A stretch of DNA of 64,000 nt from a virus (taxonomy: Duplodnaviria > Caudoviricetes): positions 44,944 to 108,943 of the IMG/VR virus record IMGVR_UViG_3300021254_000025; one strand, written 5' to 3'. Position numbers and translations under genes: made by a program. Below the pieces are notes generated by a model. The model made no database searches, had not been told where the DNA came from, and was given only the letters and a program-made list of their open reading frames with translations. Positions within the stretch are counted from its first letter, which is position 1. Every line of letters begins with the position of its first letter. Of this stretch, positions 39,221 through 48,157 are shown piece after piece.

Positions 39221-39643
39221 ATGACATACTTTAAAGTTATCAGAAATGATATTGTTGTTGATGTTGGCACTGTATTTCTTAAATGGAACATCAACAAGCA
39301 CAAATTCAATATCTGTTCCACAGACGAAGGTCAGTTCGTACAGTCCTATAAAGAGGATCACATATACAGAGATTCATGGATGAAACAGCATCCGGATGAA
39401 GCAAAAGGTTACGACAACGCAAAAGTCGTTATCATTGCTGAATCAGAATACAATGATTTAAGAGATCTTCTTGGTGAAGGTGAAACTGTTGAAGTTGATG
39501 AAATTGTAATTCCTGCTGAAGAAGCACACGAAGTTCCTGCTCAGGAACAACCTGAAAAGAAACTTTCCTTAGCTGAATTAAGGGAATTAGTCGTAGAACA
39601 GCAAAAACAAATCGAACTCTTAAACGAAAAGCTTAATTCTTAA
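39221..39643 (+). CDS. Hypothetical protein, probable partner of the CotH-like protein
   Basis: AAGGAG RBS; I.ESEYNDL motif; coiled-coil end. Confidence 0.65.
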   Translation: MTYFKVIRNDIVVDVGTVFLKWNINKHKFNICSTDEGQFVQSYKEDHIYRDSWMKQHPDEAKGYDNAKVVIIAESEYNDLRDLLGEGETVEVDEIVIPAEEAHEVPAQEQPEKKLSLAELRELVVEQQKQIELLNEKLNS

Positions 39644-39651
39644 GTGGACAC

Positions 39652-39682
39652 GCAGGGCGGTTTCGGCCGCCCTGCTGTTCTT
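39652..39682 (+). terminator. UUCG-capped hairpin, possible terminator
   Basis: GCAGGGCGGT-TTCG-GCCGCCCTGC. Confidence 0.55.
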
Positions 39683-39707
39683 ATAAATCCGAAAGGAGTG
39701 CTCAACT

Positions 39708-40628
39708 ATGGCATATGAACCTATAGAAACAAAAAAGTTTCTTAATTCCACAGGTGTAGGTCATCTTTGGGATAAAATTAAAGAACGTTATGATAATCGT
39801 ATTGCCAATGTTCAGGCCGCTGACGACTCTATTGTTGTCGATAGCGAAGACGGCGTGTCTGTTCAGATTTCAGCCGAAGAAGGAAACTTACTTCAACTGA
39901 AAACAACCGGACATAAAGGTCTGTATGTTGAAGCTGTTGCAACACAGGACACCTATGCCATTGTCAAAGCTGCAAACAGCGGTGATTACTCTGCTGTCTA
40001 TCAGCTTATGAAGTATACTCAAGGTTCCGATACTGGAACTAAAGTTGGCGTCGATATTAATATTCCAAAGGATATGGTTGTTCAGTCTGGTTCAGTTGAA
40101 ACCAAGCAAGCTGGCGACTGGGGTCCTGCCGGGACTTATATTCACCTCGTACTTGCGAATGCAGAGCAGAGTGATCTGTATATCAACGTTTCTAATCTTG
40201 TTGAATATATAACATCCGGATCTCAGGCCGGAGATGCTATTGTTCTTAATATTGATAATCAGCATCGTATTACTGCAACCATTTCCGATAACTCGATCAC
40301 TTCATCGAAGCTTGATCCGAACCTTCGTACCCAGATTGCTCTTGGCCAGTCTGCAGTGCAAAACATTACCGAAGGCACAACCAACGGAACCATTGATGTG
40401 GATGGAAATGAAGTGCCTGTTCACGGTCTCGGAACTGCTGCGTTTATGGCAAGCAGCTCTTTCGATGCTGCTGGTGCTGCTGACACTGTTCTCGGATCGT
40501 CTACAGACACTGCAGCAACAATGACAGTTCATGGTGTTAAGCAATATTCTTCTGATGTTTATACAGCAATACAGGCGCTTTCAAATGCAGAAATCGATGC
40601 TGCTATTTCCAATGCTGTTAACCCTTAA
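39708..40628 (+). CDS. Fibre/adaptor protein
   Basis: N-terminal KKFLNSTGVGHLW, internal INIPKDMVVQSGSV and V.VHGLGTAAF, C-terminal LSNAEIDAAI. Confidence 0.65.
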   Translation: MAYEPIETKKFLNSTGVGHLWDKIKERYDNRIANVQAADDSIVVDSEDGVSVQISAEEGNLLQLKTTGHKGLYVEAVATQDTYAIVKAANSGDYSAVYQLMKYTQGSDTGTKVGVDINIPKDMVVQSGSVETKQAGDWGPAGTYIHLVLANAEQSDLYINVSNLVEYITSGSQAGDAIVLNIDNQHRITATISDNSITSSKLDPNLRTQIALGQSAVQNITEGTTNGTIDVDGNEVPVHGLGTAAFMASSSFDAAGAADTVLGSSTDTAATMTVHGVKQYSSDVYTAIQALSNAEIDAAISNAVNP

Positions 40629-40644
40629 TATATGAAGCATTGAG

Positions 40645-40989
40645 GTGATTCATATGATTAAGATTGATGGAACAAATATAACAATTACAAGAGGAGACTG
40701 TGAACCTTTTACCATTACACTAACCGGAGAAGATGTTCCTGAAAATGGTGAAAAGGTTTTATTTTCTGTAAAGAAAACTCAATTTCAAGATCGTCCTGAA
40801 ATAAAAAAAATATTGGAAGTAACTAATTCTCAAATTGTTGTACAGATAAACAATTCTGATACAAAAAATCTTGAATTTGGTAATTATCTTTGGGATATTC
40901 GTTTTCCTAATTATTATGGAGAAAATGAACCATATACACCAATGTCTCCTGCCGTTTTTACGATTGCTGAGGTGATCGGAAATGTCTAA
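40645..40989 (+). CDS. BppU-N-like Ig-fold adaptor, copy 3
   Basis: ITRGD...FSVKK...DTKNLEFGNYLWDI; clearly similar to the 30141 gene. Confidence 0.6.
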   Translation: MIHMIKIDGTNITITRGDCEPFTITLTGEDVPENGEKVLFSVKKTQFQDRPEIKKILEVTNSQIVVQINNSDTKNLEFGNYLWDIRFPNYYGENEPYTPMSPAVFTIAEVIGNV

Positions 40990-41248
40990 AGCATTGGACA
41001 TTACAATTGCTGTTGAAAGAGAAAAACCTAATATCCAAATCGGTCTTGGAACAGGTGGAAAGAATATACAAATTGGGTTGGAAAAGAAAGCTGGAACATA
41101 CGAAAACGATTATGAAAGGCTCGTTCACCATCCACAAATCAACAGCACAACGCTGATCGGCAATAAGACATCGTCTGAATTAGGCTTGCAAAATGAGCTT
41201 CCGCTTATCACAAGGTCCGAAATCAGAGATATCATCAACAATCTTTAA
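40982..41248 (+). CDS. Short linker protein
   Basis: DYERLVHHPQINSTTLIGNKT..ELGL (similar to the 30497 gene) and C-terminal ITRSEIRDII. Confidence 0.6.
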   Translation: MSKALDITIAVEREKPNIQIGLGTGGKNIQIGLEKKAGTYENDYERLVHHPQINSTTLIGNKTSSELGLQNELPLITRSEIRDIINNL

Positions 41249-41256
41249 TTAATGAG

Positions 41257-42192
41257 GTGAAAACAATGGCTGTACAAGGTTTTGCGATGACCAAAAGTGA
41301 ATTATCATATATTTTGGGAATTATATGGGATACATTTCAAAAAGCAGAAAATGGGAAAGGTCTTTCTGCTAATGACTTTACAACAGCGTTGAAAGACAAA
41401 CTTGAGTCCTTGCCAACAACAGCACAGGCTAACGTTATTGAAGCTATTAAGCTGGCTGGCGCTGCACTGACTCCAGATGCTAATAAGGCAGTGGACATTC
41501 CCCAAATGAGTGGGGCTAACGCTAGTTCTAACGGAGCTATTGGTTTAGTTCCGGCTCCGCAAAAAGCAAACCGTGAACAATTCCTGCGTGGCGATGGAAG
41601 TTGGGCTACTCCTGAAGATACAACTTACGATGTAGTTTCTACTCTTGTTGCAGGTCTTATGAGTCCGGCAATGCTTCAAAAATTAAATGGAATTGCGGAA
41701 GGCGCTACTGCAAATGAAGGCACTATAACCGGCATTAGAATGAACGGAAGCAGCGTAGGCACATCTGGTGTTGTAGATCTCGGAACGATTCTTACGTCTC
41801 ATCAGGATATTTCAGGTAAAGCTAATGTTGCAAGCCCTTCTTTTACCGGAACACCAGCAGCTCCAACTGCGGCAGCTGGTACAAATACAACGCAGATTGC
41901 AACAACTGAATTTGTTGGTACTGCAATTACAAACGCCTTAAGCGGAATTACGGGAATTGCGTTTGAATTTGTTCAGACTCTACCTGCAACAGGAAAAGCT
42001 GGTACATTCTACTTTGTTCCTGACGTAAGCGGAAGCGGAACCAACAATTTTATCGAGTATGTTTGGAATTCGAATGCAAGCAAGTTTGAAGAGATTGGCA
42101 GACCGTCAGTAGATCTTTCCGGCTACATGAAGAGATCGGATTATCCGCTTATTACAGAGGCTGAAATTGATGAGATTGTCGCTTCCTTATAA
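41257..42192 (+). CDS. Head/tail fibre-like protein
   Basis: GKGLSANDFT, GLVPAP...FLRGDG.W, GLMS, SPSFTGTPAAPTA...TQIATT.FV, and C-terminal ITEAEIDEI. Confidence 0.7.
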   Translation: MKTMAVQGFAMTKSELSYILGIIWDTFQKAENGKGLSANDFTTALKDKLESLPTTAQANVIEAIKLAGAALTPDANKAVDIPQMSGANASSNGAIGLVPAPQKANREQFLRGDGSWATPEDTTYDVVSTLVAGLMSPAMLQKLNGIAEGATANEGTITGIRMNGSSVGTSGVVDLGTILTSHQDISGKANVASPSFTGTPAAPTAAAGTNTTQIATTEFVGTAITNALSGITGIAFEFVQTLPATGKAGTFYFVPDVSGSGTNNFIEYVWNSNASKFEEIGRPSVDLSGYMKRSDYPLITEAEIDEIVASL

Positions 42193-42207
42193 TGGTGGTG
42201 AAGAATA

Positions 42208-45129
42208 ATGAGTGATACTCTTAAGACTTGGTCAATAGAAAAAGTCACACGATTAATCAGTAATTTGCTTAAGAAAAATCAGGGGACAGCCAATGTCGGA
42301 AAGTTCATGAAGGTTGGAAACGACGGCAACCTTGTTCCGGATACCATTCCAGATCCTACGAACAAGGCCGATAAGGTAACCAATGCGACTGCCGGTAATT
42401 TCGCCGGACTTGACGCAACCGGAAACCTGACGGATAGTGGAAAGAGTGCGGAAGATTTTGCCGGTGCCATCTACAAGACCGCTACCCCTGGCTCTATCGT
42501 AACTTTTGATGATGGTGCGGACAATCTGCCTATCAAAGAGTTGAAGGTTGGGATTGACCCTGTGCAGGACTTGCACGGGTGTGACCATCCGTGGCCTGCG
42601 GGGGGCGGGAAGAATCTTGCAAAGGTTACGGACAATACGATTGTGCGGAATGGTGTGACGATAACTTTTGCAAATGATGAGATTCGCTTAAATGGGACTT
42701 GCACTGGAAACACATGGCTTACCCCTTCGCAGTCGATAACCCTCCCGGCTGGGACTTATACTATGAGTGTAGAGATAACTGGAGTAACGGGAACGGAGAA
42801 CCGTGGTGCTTATGGTATAAATAAAGATGGTATCGGTTATCTATACGTTCCTAATAATGGCGGGAAGTATACAAGAACATTTACTCTTGAATCAGAATCG
42901 ACAGCTTGGCTTGATGGCTATATCTACAAAGGCAATGTGTATAACAACGCCCAAATAAAGTTCCAGATCGAAAAAGGAAGTACTGCTACAGACTACGTCC
43001 CCTACTCCAACATCTGCCCAATCAGCGGCTGGGATGAAGTGGATGTGAATGTGAGTAGCGTGAACGCATGGGATGAAGAGTGGGAGTTAGGTGTGCTATC
43101 TACAACGGGTGGAAATGCGACTTCTTCTACGGAAATACGTTCGAAAAATTATATTCCTGTGGTTGGTGGGCAGACTTATTACTTGTATTGCGCTGTCTCA
43201 TCAACATTTAATTATAGGTTTTATGACGCAGATAAGAACTTTATAAGTGGTGCATATATTGGCAGAAACAACACGTTGCTTATTCCAAATGATGCAAGGT
43301 ATATGCGTTTTTACATGGGTGCAGCATATGGCGCAACCTATAACCATGACATCAGCATCAACTACCCAGCAACCGACACGGAGTACGAACCCTATCAAGG
43401 CGAAACCTACGACATCACATTCCCCTCCGAAGCCGGAACGGTGTACGGAGGGACGCTGGATGTGACTACTGGTGTGCTGACAGTGGATATGGTTAAAACG
43501 GTGTTCGCAGGTGTTATTAATGATGTAATTAATGGCTACTATATGCACATGCCAAGCGGATGGGCTGATGGCAGATTTGTCCTTCGGATGAGTAAACCGC
43601 ATAAATCTAATGGCAACAATAGCACAGTAAACCAATGGGCAATTTCAGACAAGTTCAAAAAAGCTTCGTTTAACGCAATTAATGTTGTCAACGCACCTCA
43701 ATATAGCTTTGCACCACAAGAGAATTGGAATACTGCAATTATTATATACGTTCCTAATATGACAACAGTTGATAATTATTTGGCGTGGTTTGCTGAAAAC
43801 CCAACAGAAATCGCATATAAACTCGCCACACCGATCACTTACCAACTCACACCGCAGGAAATCCGAACTCTGCTTGGCGTGAATAACATTTGGGCAGACA
43901 CGGGAGATATCACGGAACTGATTTATCCTGTGAATACAGATACCGCTATGGCGCTTTACGAAAAGGCGGACAAGGTTGCAAACGCAACAGCTGGAAACTT
44001 TGCTGCTCTGGACGCTGAAGGCAATTTGAAGGACAGCGGAAAGAAACCGTCTGACTTCTTAACTCAGGATCAGGGAGCAACAAACGCCGGAAAGTTCATG
44101 AAGGTTGGAGCTGATGGAAAGCTTGTGCCGGACACCATTCCAGATCCTACAGGTAAGGCTGACAAGGTTTCTGGTGCTACGAACGGGAACTTTGCAGGAC
44201 TCGATGCCAATGGCAATCTGATGGACAGTGGTAAAAGCACTGATGATTTCCTTGACAAGAACTACGAGTCCGGATGGAAACCTAAGACACTAAGTGGATT
44301 GGCTAATATTGATGCTTTATACGTTTGGACAGATGGAGAAAATATCTACTATAGTAAATACGGTAGCCACTACGTTTTAGATAAAACTACTTTTGAATGG
44401 ACAAGAAAAGTGTGGAATGGGTATACTGATTTTTCCGGTAAATGTATTTGGTCTGATGGTGAGAACATATATTATAGTTCTGGCGGGACAACTATAGTAT
44501 TGGATAAGTCTACATCAACATGGAGCATCAAATACTGGAATAACTTCACATATAGTCTTGATGGAGATTATATATGGACTGATGGTGAAAACTATTACTA
44601 TAGCAGGGGGACTGCACAATACGTTTTAGACAAAGCCAATGATACTTGGGTAACAAAAACTTGGAACGGACTAACTAATTTTGACGGCGTTCTTGTTTGG
44701 ACTGACGGAAACGATATTTATCATACCGCTGGAACAACATATGTTTTAGATAAAGCAACTTCTACATGGAGCGTTAAGACATGGAGTGGAATGGCTGGCT
44801 TTGGCGGGTCGGGCGTGTGGTCTGACGGAGAGAACGTCTATTATAACTCCACTAAAGTATTAGATAGGGATTCTTCCACATGGGAAGATAAGAGTTGGAA
44901 CGGATTGGATGAATTTTATTCTGAAAACCTTTGGACTGACAGAGAGAACATTTACTGTAGCCGTAATAATTCTAACTACATCTTAGACAACAATCCCAAG
45001 CTCTATCTCGGTCAGGATGGAGAATTTGCTCCCGTTTCCGTCAAGAAGTTCATTGATGACAACGTACCTGCTTACTCTTTTGCATACGATACTGTGGACA
45101 GTGCGCTTGTGATTACGATTCCGAATTGA
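42208..45129 (+). CDS. Modular receptor-binding/adhesin protein with CBM-like domains and C-terminal Trp-rich repeats
   Basis: Three KADKV.NATAGNFA.LDA.GNL.DSGK linkers, a GKNL-led CBM-like region, and about six W(T/S)DGEN.YYS...VLDK.T.TW repeats. Confidence 0.7.
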   Translation: MSDTLKTWSIEKVTRLISNLLKKNQGTANVGKFMKVGNDGNLVPDTIPDPTNKADKVTNATAGNFAGLDATGNLTDSGKSAEDFAGAIYKTATPGSIVTFDDGADNLPIKELKVGIDPVQDLHGCDHPWPAGGGKNLAKVTDNTIVRNGVTITFANDEIRLNGTCTGNTWLTPSQSITLPAGTYTMSVEITGVTGTENRGAYGINKDGIGYLYVPNNGGKYTRTFTLESESTAWLDGYIYKGNVYNNAQIKFQIEKGSTATDYVPYSNICPISGWDEVDVNVSSVNAWDEEWELGVLSTTGGNATSSTEIRSKNYIPVVGGQTYYLYCAVSSTFNYRFYDADKNFISGAYIGRNNTLLIPNDARYMRFYMGAAYGATYNHDISINYPATDTEYEPYQGETYDITFPSEAGTVYGGTLDVTTGVLTVDMVKTVFAGVINDVINGYYMHMPSGWADGRFVLRMSKPHKSNGNNSTVNQWAISDKFKKASFNAINVVNAPQYSFAPQENWNTAIIIYVPNMTTVDNYLAWFAENPTEIAYKLATPITYQLTPQEIRTLLGVNNIWADTGDITELIYPVNTDTAMALYEKADKVANATAGNFAALDAEGNLKDSGKKPSDFLTQDQGATNAGKFMKVGADGKLVPDTIPDPTGKADKVSGATNGNFAGLDANGNLMDSGKSTDDFLDKNYESGWKPKTLSGLANIDALYVWTDGENIYYSKYGSHYVLDKTTFEWTRKVWNGYTDFSGKCIWSDGENIYYSSGGTTIVLDKSTSTWSIKYWNNFTYSLDGDYIWTDGENYYYSRGTAQYVLDKANDTWVTKTWNGLTNFDGVLVWTDGNDIYHTAGTTYVLDKATSTWSVKTWSGMAGFGGSGVWSDGENVYYNSTKVLDRDSSTWEDKSWNGLDEFYSENLWTDRENIYCSRNNSNYILDNNPKLYLGQDGEFAPVSVKKFIDDNVPAYSFAYDTVDSALVITIPN
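42280..44250 (+). repeat. Diverged ~180-bp direct repeat (42280-42459 and 44071-44250) plus a partial copy (~43963-44058)
   Basis: Identical cores GGAAAGTTCATGAAGGTTGGA and ACCATTCCAGATCCTAC. The copies are 1,791 bp apart, which preserves frame. Confidence 0.8.
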
Positions 45130-45145
45130 TTGAGGTGATGATGTC

Positions 45146-45772
45146 ATGCAGACTACAACCAATTTCGGACTGCGTATTCTTGAAGGAAGTGACTCATTCA
45201 GATACGCAGACCTTCAGTTTAATTTCGACAAGTGGAACGATATTCTGAGAGCCATGTATCCTGTCGGCTATGTGTACGAGTCTACTTCTGAAACGAATCC
45301 GCTTGCTGATATACCGAACACAACGTGGCGTAAGATTGAAGGTGTGTTCCTGTTCGCTTGTGATCAAGATCACCCGGCAGGAACAACAGGCGGAGAGGAA
45401 ACTCATACGCTGACGCTTAATGAAATGCCGAGCCATACTCATGCGATAAGTGATCATACGCACAGCTTTACGATTGAGGGGCAGACTACAGGGGAATTTA
45501 CGTTTACGCATGATCATTCAGTAGATTTTTTAAAAGGATATCCGGTATCCATTACGAGCGTTAGTAGTCTTAGCGCTAAATATGTTAGTCATGCTCTCTA
45601 TCGTTCCGATAGCACATCATCATCTTCTGGCGATCACACGCATGATGTTACATTTCCATCTGTAACCACAACTGATTGTTCTGTTTCAGCGTCCGGTACT
45701 ACAGGAGGAGAAACATCGCATAACAATATGCCACCGTACAAAGTCGTAAACATTTGGGAAAGAATATCATAG
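45146..45772 (+). CDS. His-rich needle/short-fibre protein, paralogue 5
   Basis: YPVGYVY...TGGEETHTLT.NEMPSHTH...HNNMPPY.VV.IWERIS. Confidence 0.75.
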   Translation: MQTTTNFGLRILEGSDSFRYADLQFNFDKWNDILRAMYPVGYVYESTSETNPLADIPNTTWRKIEGVFLFACDQDHPAGTTGGEETHTLTLNEMPSHTHAISDHTHSFTIEGQTTGEFTFTHDHSVDFLKGYPVSITSVSSLSAKYVSHALYRSDSTSSSSGDHTHDVTFPSVTTTDCSVSASGTTGGETSHNNMPPYKVVNIWERIS

Positions 45773-45784
45773 GTGGTGAAAGAT

Positions 45785-46387
45785 ATGTTTATAAATGAAA
45801 CAATTTCAGTTTATAATAACAATCTTGAACAGTTTTTGTCATTTATATATCCTATTGGATCAATTTTAGAAATGACAAGTGCTGAAAATCCATCCACGCT
45901 ATTTCCAAATACAACATGGGAACAAATTGAAGGAAGTTTTCTATTTGCCTCTAATTCTGTTCATACTTTAGGAAGCACAGGAGGAGAGGAAGCTCATGCG
46001 TTGACAGTTGGCGAAATTCCAAATCACAATCATATAATTAATCATGAACACACTACGAAAAGTGAAATAGGAACAACTACGAGTAATGGTTCGCATACTC
46101 ATGTTGTTAATTATACCCTGTATCAAGGTGACATAGGAAGTACCAGCGGATCATCAATTGGAACCGGCACTACTTATAAAAAGAGATATTGGGACTATAC
46201 AGGTGCACACATAGATAAATACACGGTGTCTTTGTCTTCCCAAACTGATTCTCATACGCATACATCTGTTTCAAAAACTGCTACGTCCAATAGTGTTGCT
46301 TTAACTGTTGCATCAGCAGGAAGCGGATTATCGCACAACAACATGCCTCCATATATTGCTGTAAATACGTGGAAGAGAATAGCATAA
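45785..46387 (+). CDS. His-rich needle/short-fibre protein, paralogue 6
   Basis: YPIGSI...GGEEAH.LT..EIP.H.H...HNNMPPY..V..WKRIA. Confidence 0.75.
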   Translation: MFINETISVYNNNLEQFLSFIYPIGSILEMTSAENPSTLFPNTTWEQIEGSFLFASNSVHTLGSTGGEEAHALTVGEIPNHNHIINHEHTTKSEIGTTTSNGSHTHVVNYTLYQGDIGSTSGSSIGTGTTYKKRYWDYTGAHIDKYTVSLSSQTDSHTHTSVSKTATSNSVALTVASAGSGLSHNNMPPYIAVNTWKRIA

Positions 46388-46409
46388 ATAGCAGGAGGAA
46401 TATTGAACT

Positions 46410-47030
46410 ATGACATTTTTAAACAATAGCATGGATGTCAGATCTGTTATGAATCAGAATTCAAACGAATTTGATCAGTATTTATCGTTCATCCATCCAG
46501 TCGGATCGATTTATAAATCGACAAGTTCAGCGAATCCTTCTACACTGTTTCCAAATACTGAATGGGAACAAATTCAAGGAAAGTTTCTGTTTTCATCCGA
46601 TTCGTCTCATGCGTTAGGAAACACCGGAGGAGAATACGAACACGTCTTAACAGTTGATGAATTACCAATTCATGATCATACCGGTGGTAATCATACACAC
46701 GAAGTAACATTAACACCAACAGTATCAAATTCAGATATGTCTCATAGTCATCCGTCAGAATTAATACCTGGTTCAGTAAGTGCGACGTATCTTCGAGGCA
46801 CCAGTCATATTTACGACAAAGTAACGTCAAGAAATACAAGTAGAGCTTACAACGCGGAAATTCCATTGACACAAAAAGATACATCGCCAACGAGCCATTC
46901 GCACACAATTTCAGACCAAGAAATCACAACGGACACGTTTACAGGCAATACAGGATCAGCAGGAGGTGGCTTGGCGCACAATAATATGCCACCACATCTG
47001 TCGATATACATGTGGAAACGAATTGCGTGA
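46410..47030 (+). CDS. His-rich needle/short-fibre protein, paralogue 7
   Basis: HPVGSIY...GGE.EH.LT.DELP.H.H...HNNMPP...MWKRIA. Confidence 0.75.
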   Translation: MTFLNNSMDVRSVMNQNSNEFDQYLSFIHPVGSIYKSTSSANPSTLFPNTEWEQIQGKFLFSSDSSHALGNTGGEYEHVLTVDELPIHDHTGGNHTHEVTLTPTVSNSDMSHSHPSELIPGSVSATYLRGTSHIYDKVTSRNTSRAYNAEIPLTQKDTSPTSHSHTISDQEITTDTFTGNTGSAGGGLAHNNMPPHLSIYMWKRIA

Positions 47031-47044
47031 AAGGAGGAAAAAGA

Positions 47045-47299
47045 ATGGCAACTTATAAAACAAAAAAAATCATTGTTCGTAAAGCTGGCAATGAAGATGA
47101 AATTTATCAGCTTGGTGGCGGGGACTTTCCTGTCGGCGTAATCATCGAAACAGTATCTGCCACTTGCCCGTTTGAAGATGGTACATGGGTGGAAGTTGTC
47201 CGTGATCCTCCCACATGGGCACAGGTTGAATCTGGCACATGGAGCTATAGCGAAGGTACAGGAACCGGAACAATCCACTGTTGGAAGAGAACAGCATAA
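47045..47299 (+). CDS. Minimal paralogue of the needle family (collar only, no His-rich shaft)
   Basis: FPVGVII...GTW...WKRTA; RBS AAAGGAGG. Confidence 0.55.
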   Translation: MATYKTKKIIVRKAGNEDEIYQLGGGDFPVGVIIETVSATCPFEDGTWVEVVRDPPTWAQVESGTWSYSEGTGTGTIHCWKRTA

Positions 47300-47449
47300 A
47301 CATAAAACAGAGTGAAAAACCTCGAAATAGTCTTATTATGAAATGTTTCTCTGTTTGATGTAACCTTATGTCCTTTCTTTTTTGATAATTCAATATAAGA
47401 ATATATATACTTTATCTTTTTTTATCAACTTTAAAAGGAGATATTCACA

Positions 47450-47848
47450 ATGGCATATGAAAATCCTACCCAGAAAAAATTTCTGGACTTTACAGGGTTA
47501 AGTCATTTTGCTCAGAAGTTGAATGATTATCCAGATAATACTGTTATTGCGTCTGTTATTGATGGAATACAGGATGAACTGGATACTAAAGTTGATTCAT
47601 CCAGCATCGGAGCAAGAAACGGAATAGCATCCCTCGATTCAACGGGAAAAGTTTCAGCATCGCAATTACCAAGCGATATCTTGGTATATGTTGATTACTC
47701 TTATTTTCCTTTGAACGGGTCCGAAGACAAACTTTATATCGATGAAACTTCAAACATTCCCTACTATTGGAGCGGTGAATCATACGTTGCAATTGGCGGA
47801 AGTGTTTCTTCGATTACAAATGCTCAAATAGATGCTTTATTCGTTTAA
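47450..47848 (+). CDS. Short fibre adaptor
   Basis: N-terminal KKFLDFTGLSHF, internal GIASLDSTGKV.ASQLPS (shared with the 21802 and 32143 genes), C-terminal ITNAQIDALF. Confidence 0.65.
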   Translation: MAYENPTQKKFLDFTGLSHFAQKLNDYPDNTVIASVIDGIQDELDTKVDSSSIGARNGIASLDSTGKVSASQLPSDILVYVDYSYFPLNGSEDKLYIDETSNIPYYWSGESYVAIGGSVSSITNAQIDALFV

Positions 47849-47862
47849 TAATCTACTAAGGG

Positions 47863-48150
47863 GTGATATTTGTGCCAATATATGCTACAACCATTGAAGA
47901 CATGGTTCCATTGCATAGTGATGCAAATATTGATTCTGAAATAACAACTGTAATACCAGCCAATACTACCGTAGCTATCCTTGAAAAAGGTGAGGTATGG
48001 AGTAAAACTGTTTTTAATGAATATACAGGTTATCTACTGAATGTTTTTCTTAAGTTCGAGAGCGAAGGCGAAGATAAAATAGTATTAAGCCTCTCGCGTG
48101 AGAATGCACAAACTTTATACTTAGCGCTAAAGCTCTCGCTCAATCAATAA
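47863..48150 (+). CDS. SH3b-domain protein
   Basis: V.L......SEI...IP..T.V.ILEKG.VWSK..F..YTGY....FL. Confidence 0.6.
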   Translation: MIFVPIYATTIEDMVPLHSDANIDSEITTVIPANTTVAILEKGEVWSKTVFNEYTGYLLNVFLKFESEGEDKIVLSLSRENAQTLYLALKLSLNQ

Positions 48151-48157
48151 GCGAGGA

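Noticed and set aside
47300-47449. Promoter or origin in the AT-rich gap before the lysis cluster
   Set aside because: It has imperfect inverted repeats, but I could not identify a convincing -35/-10 pair or iterons.
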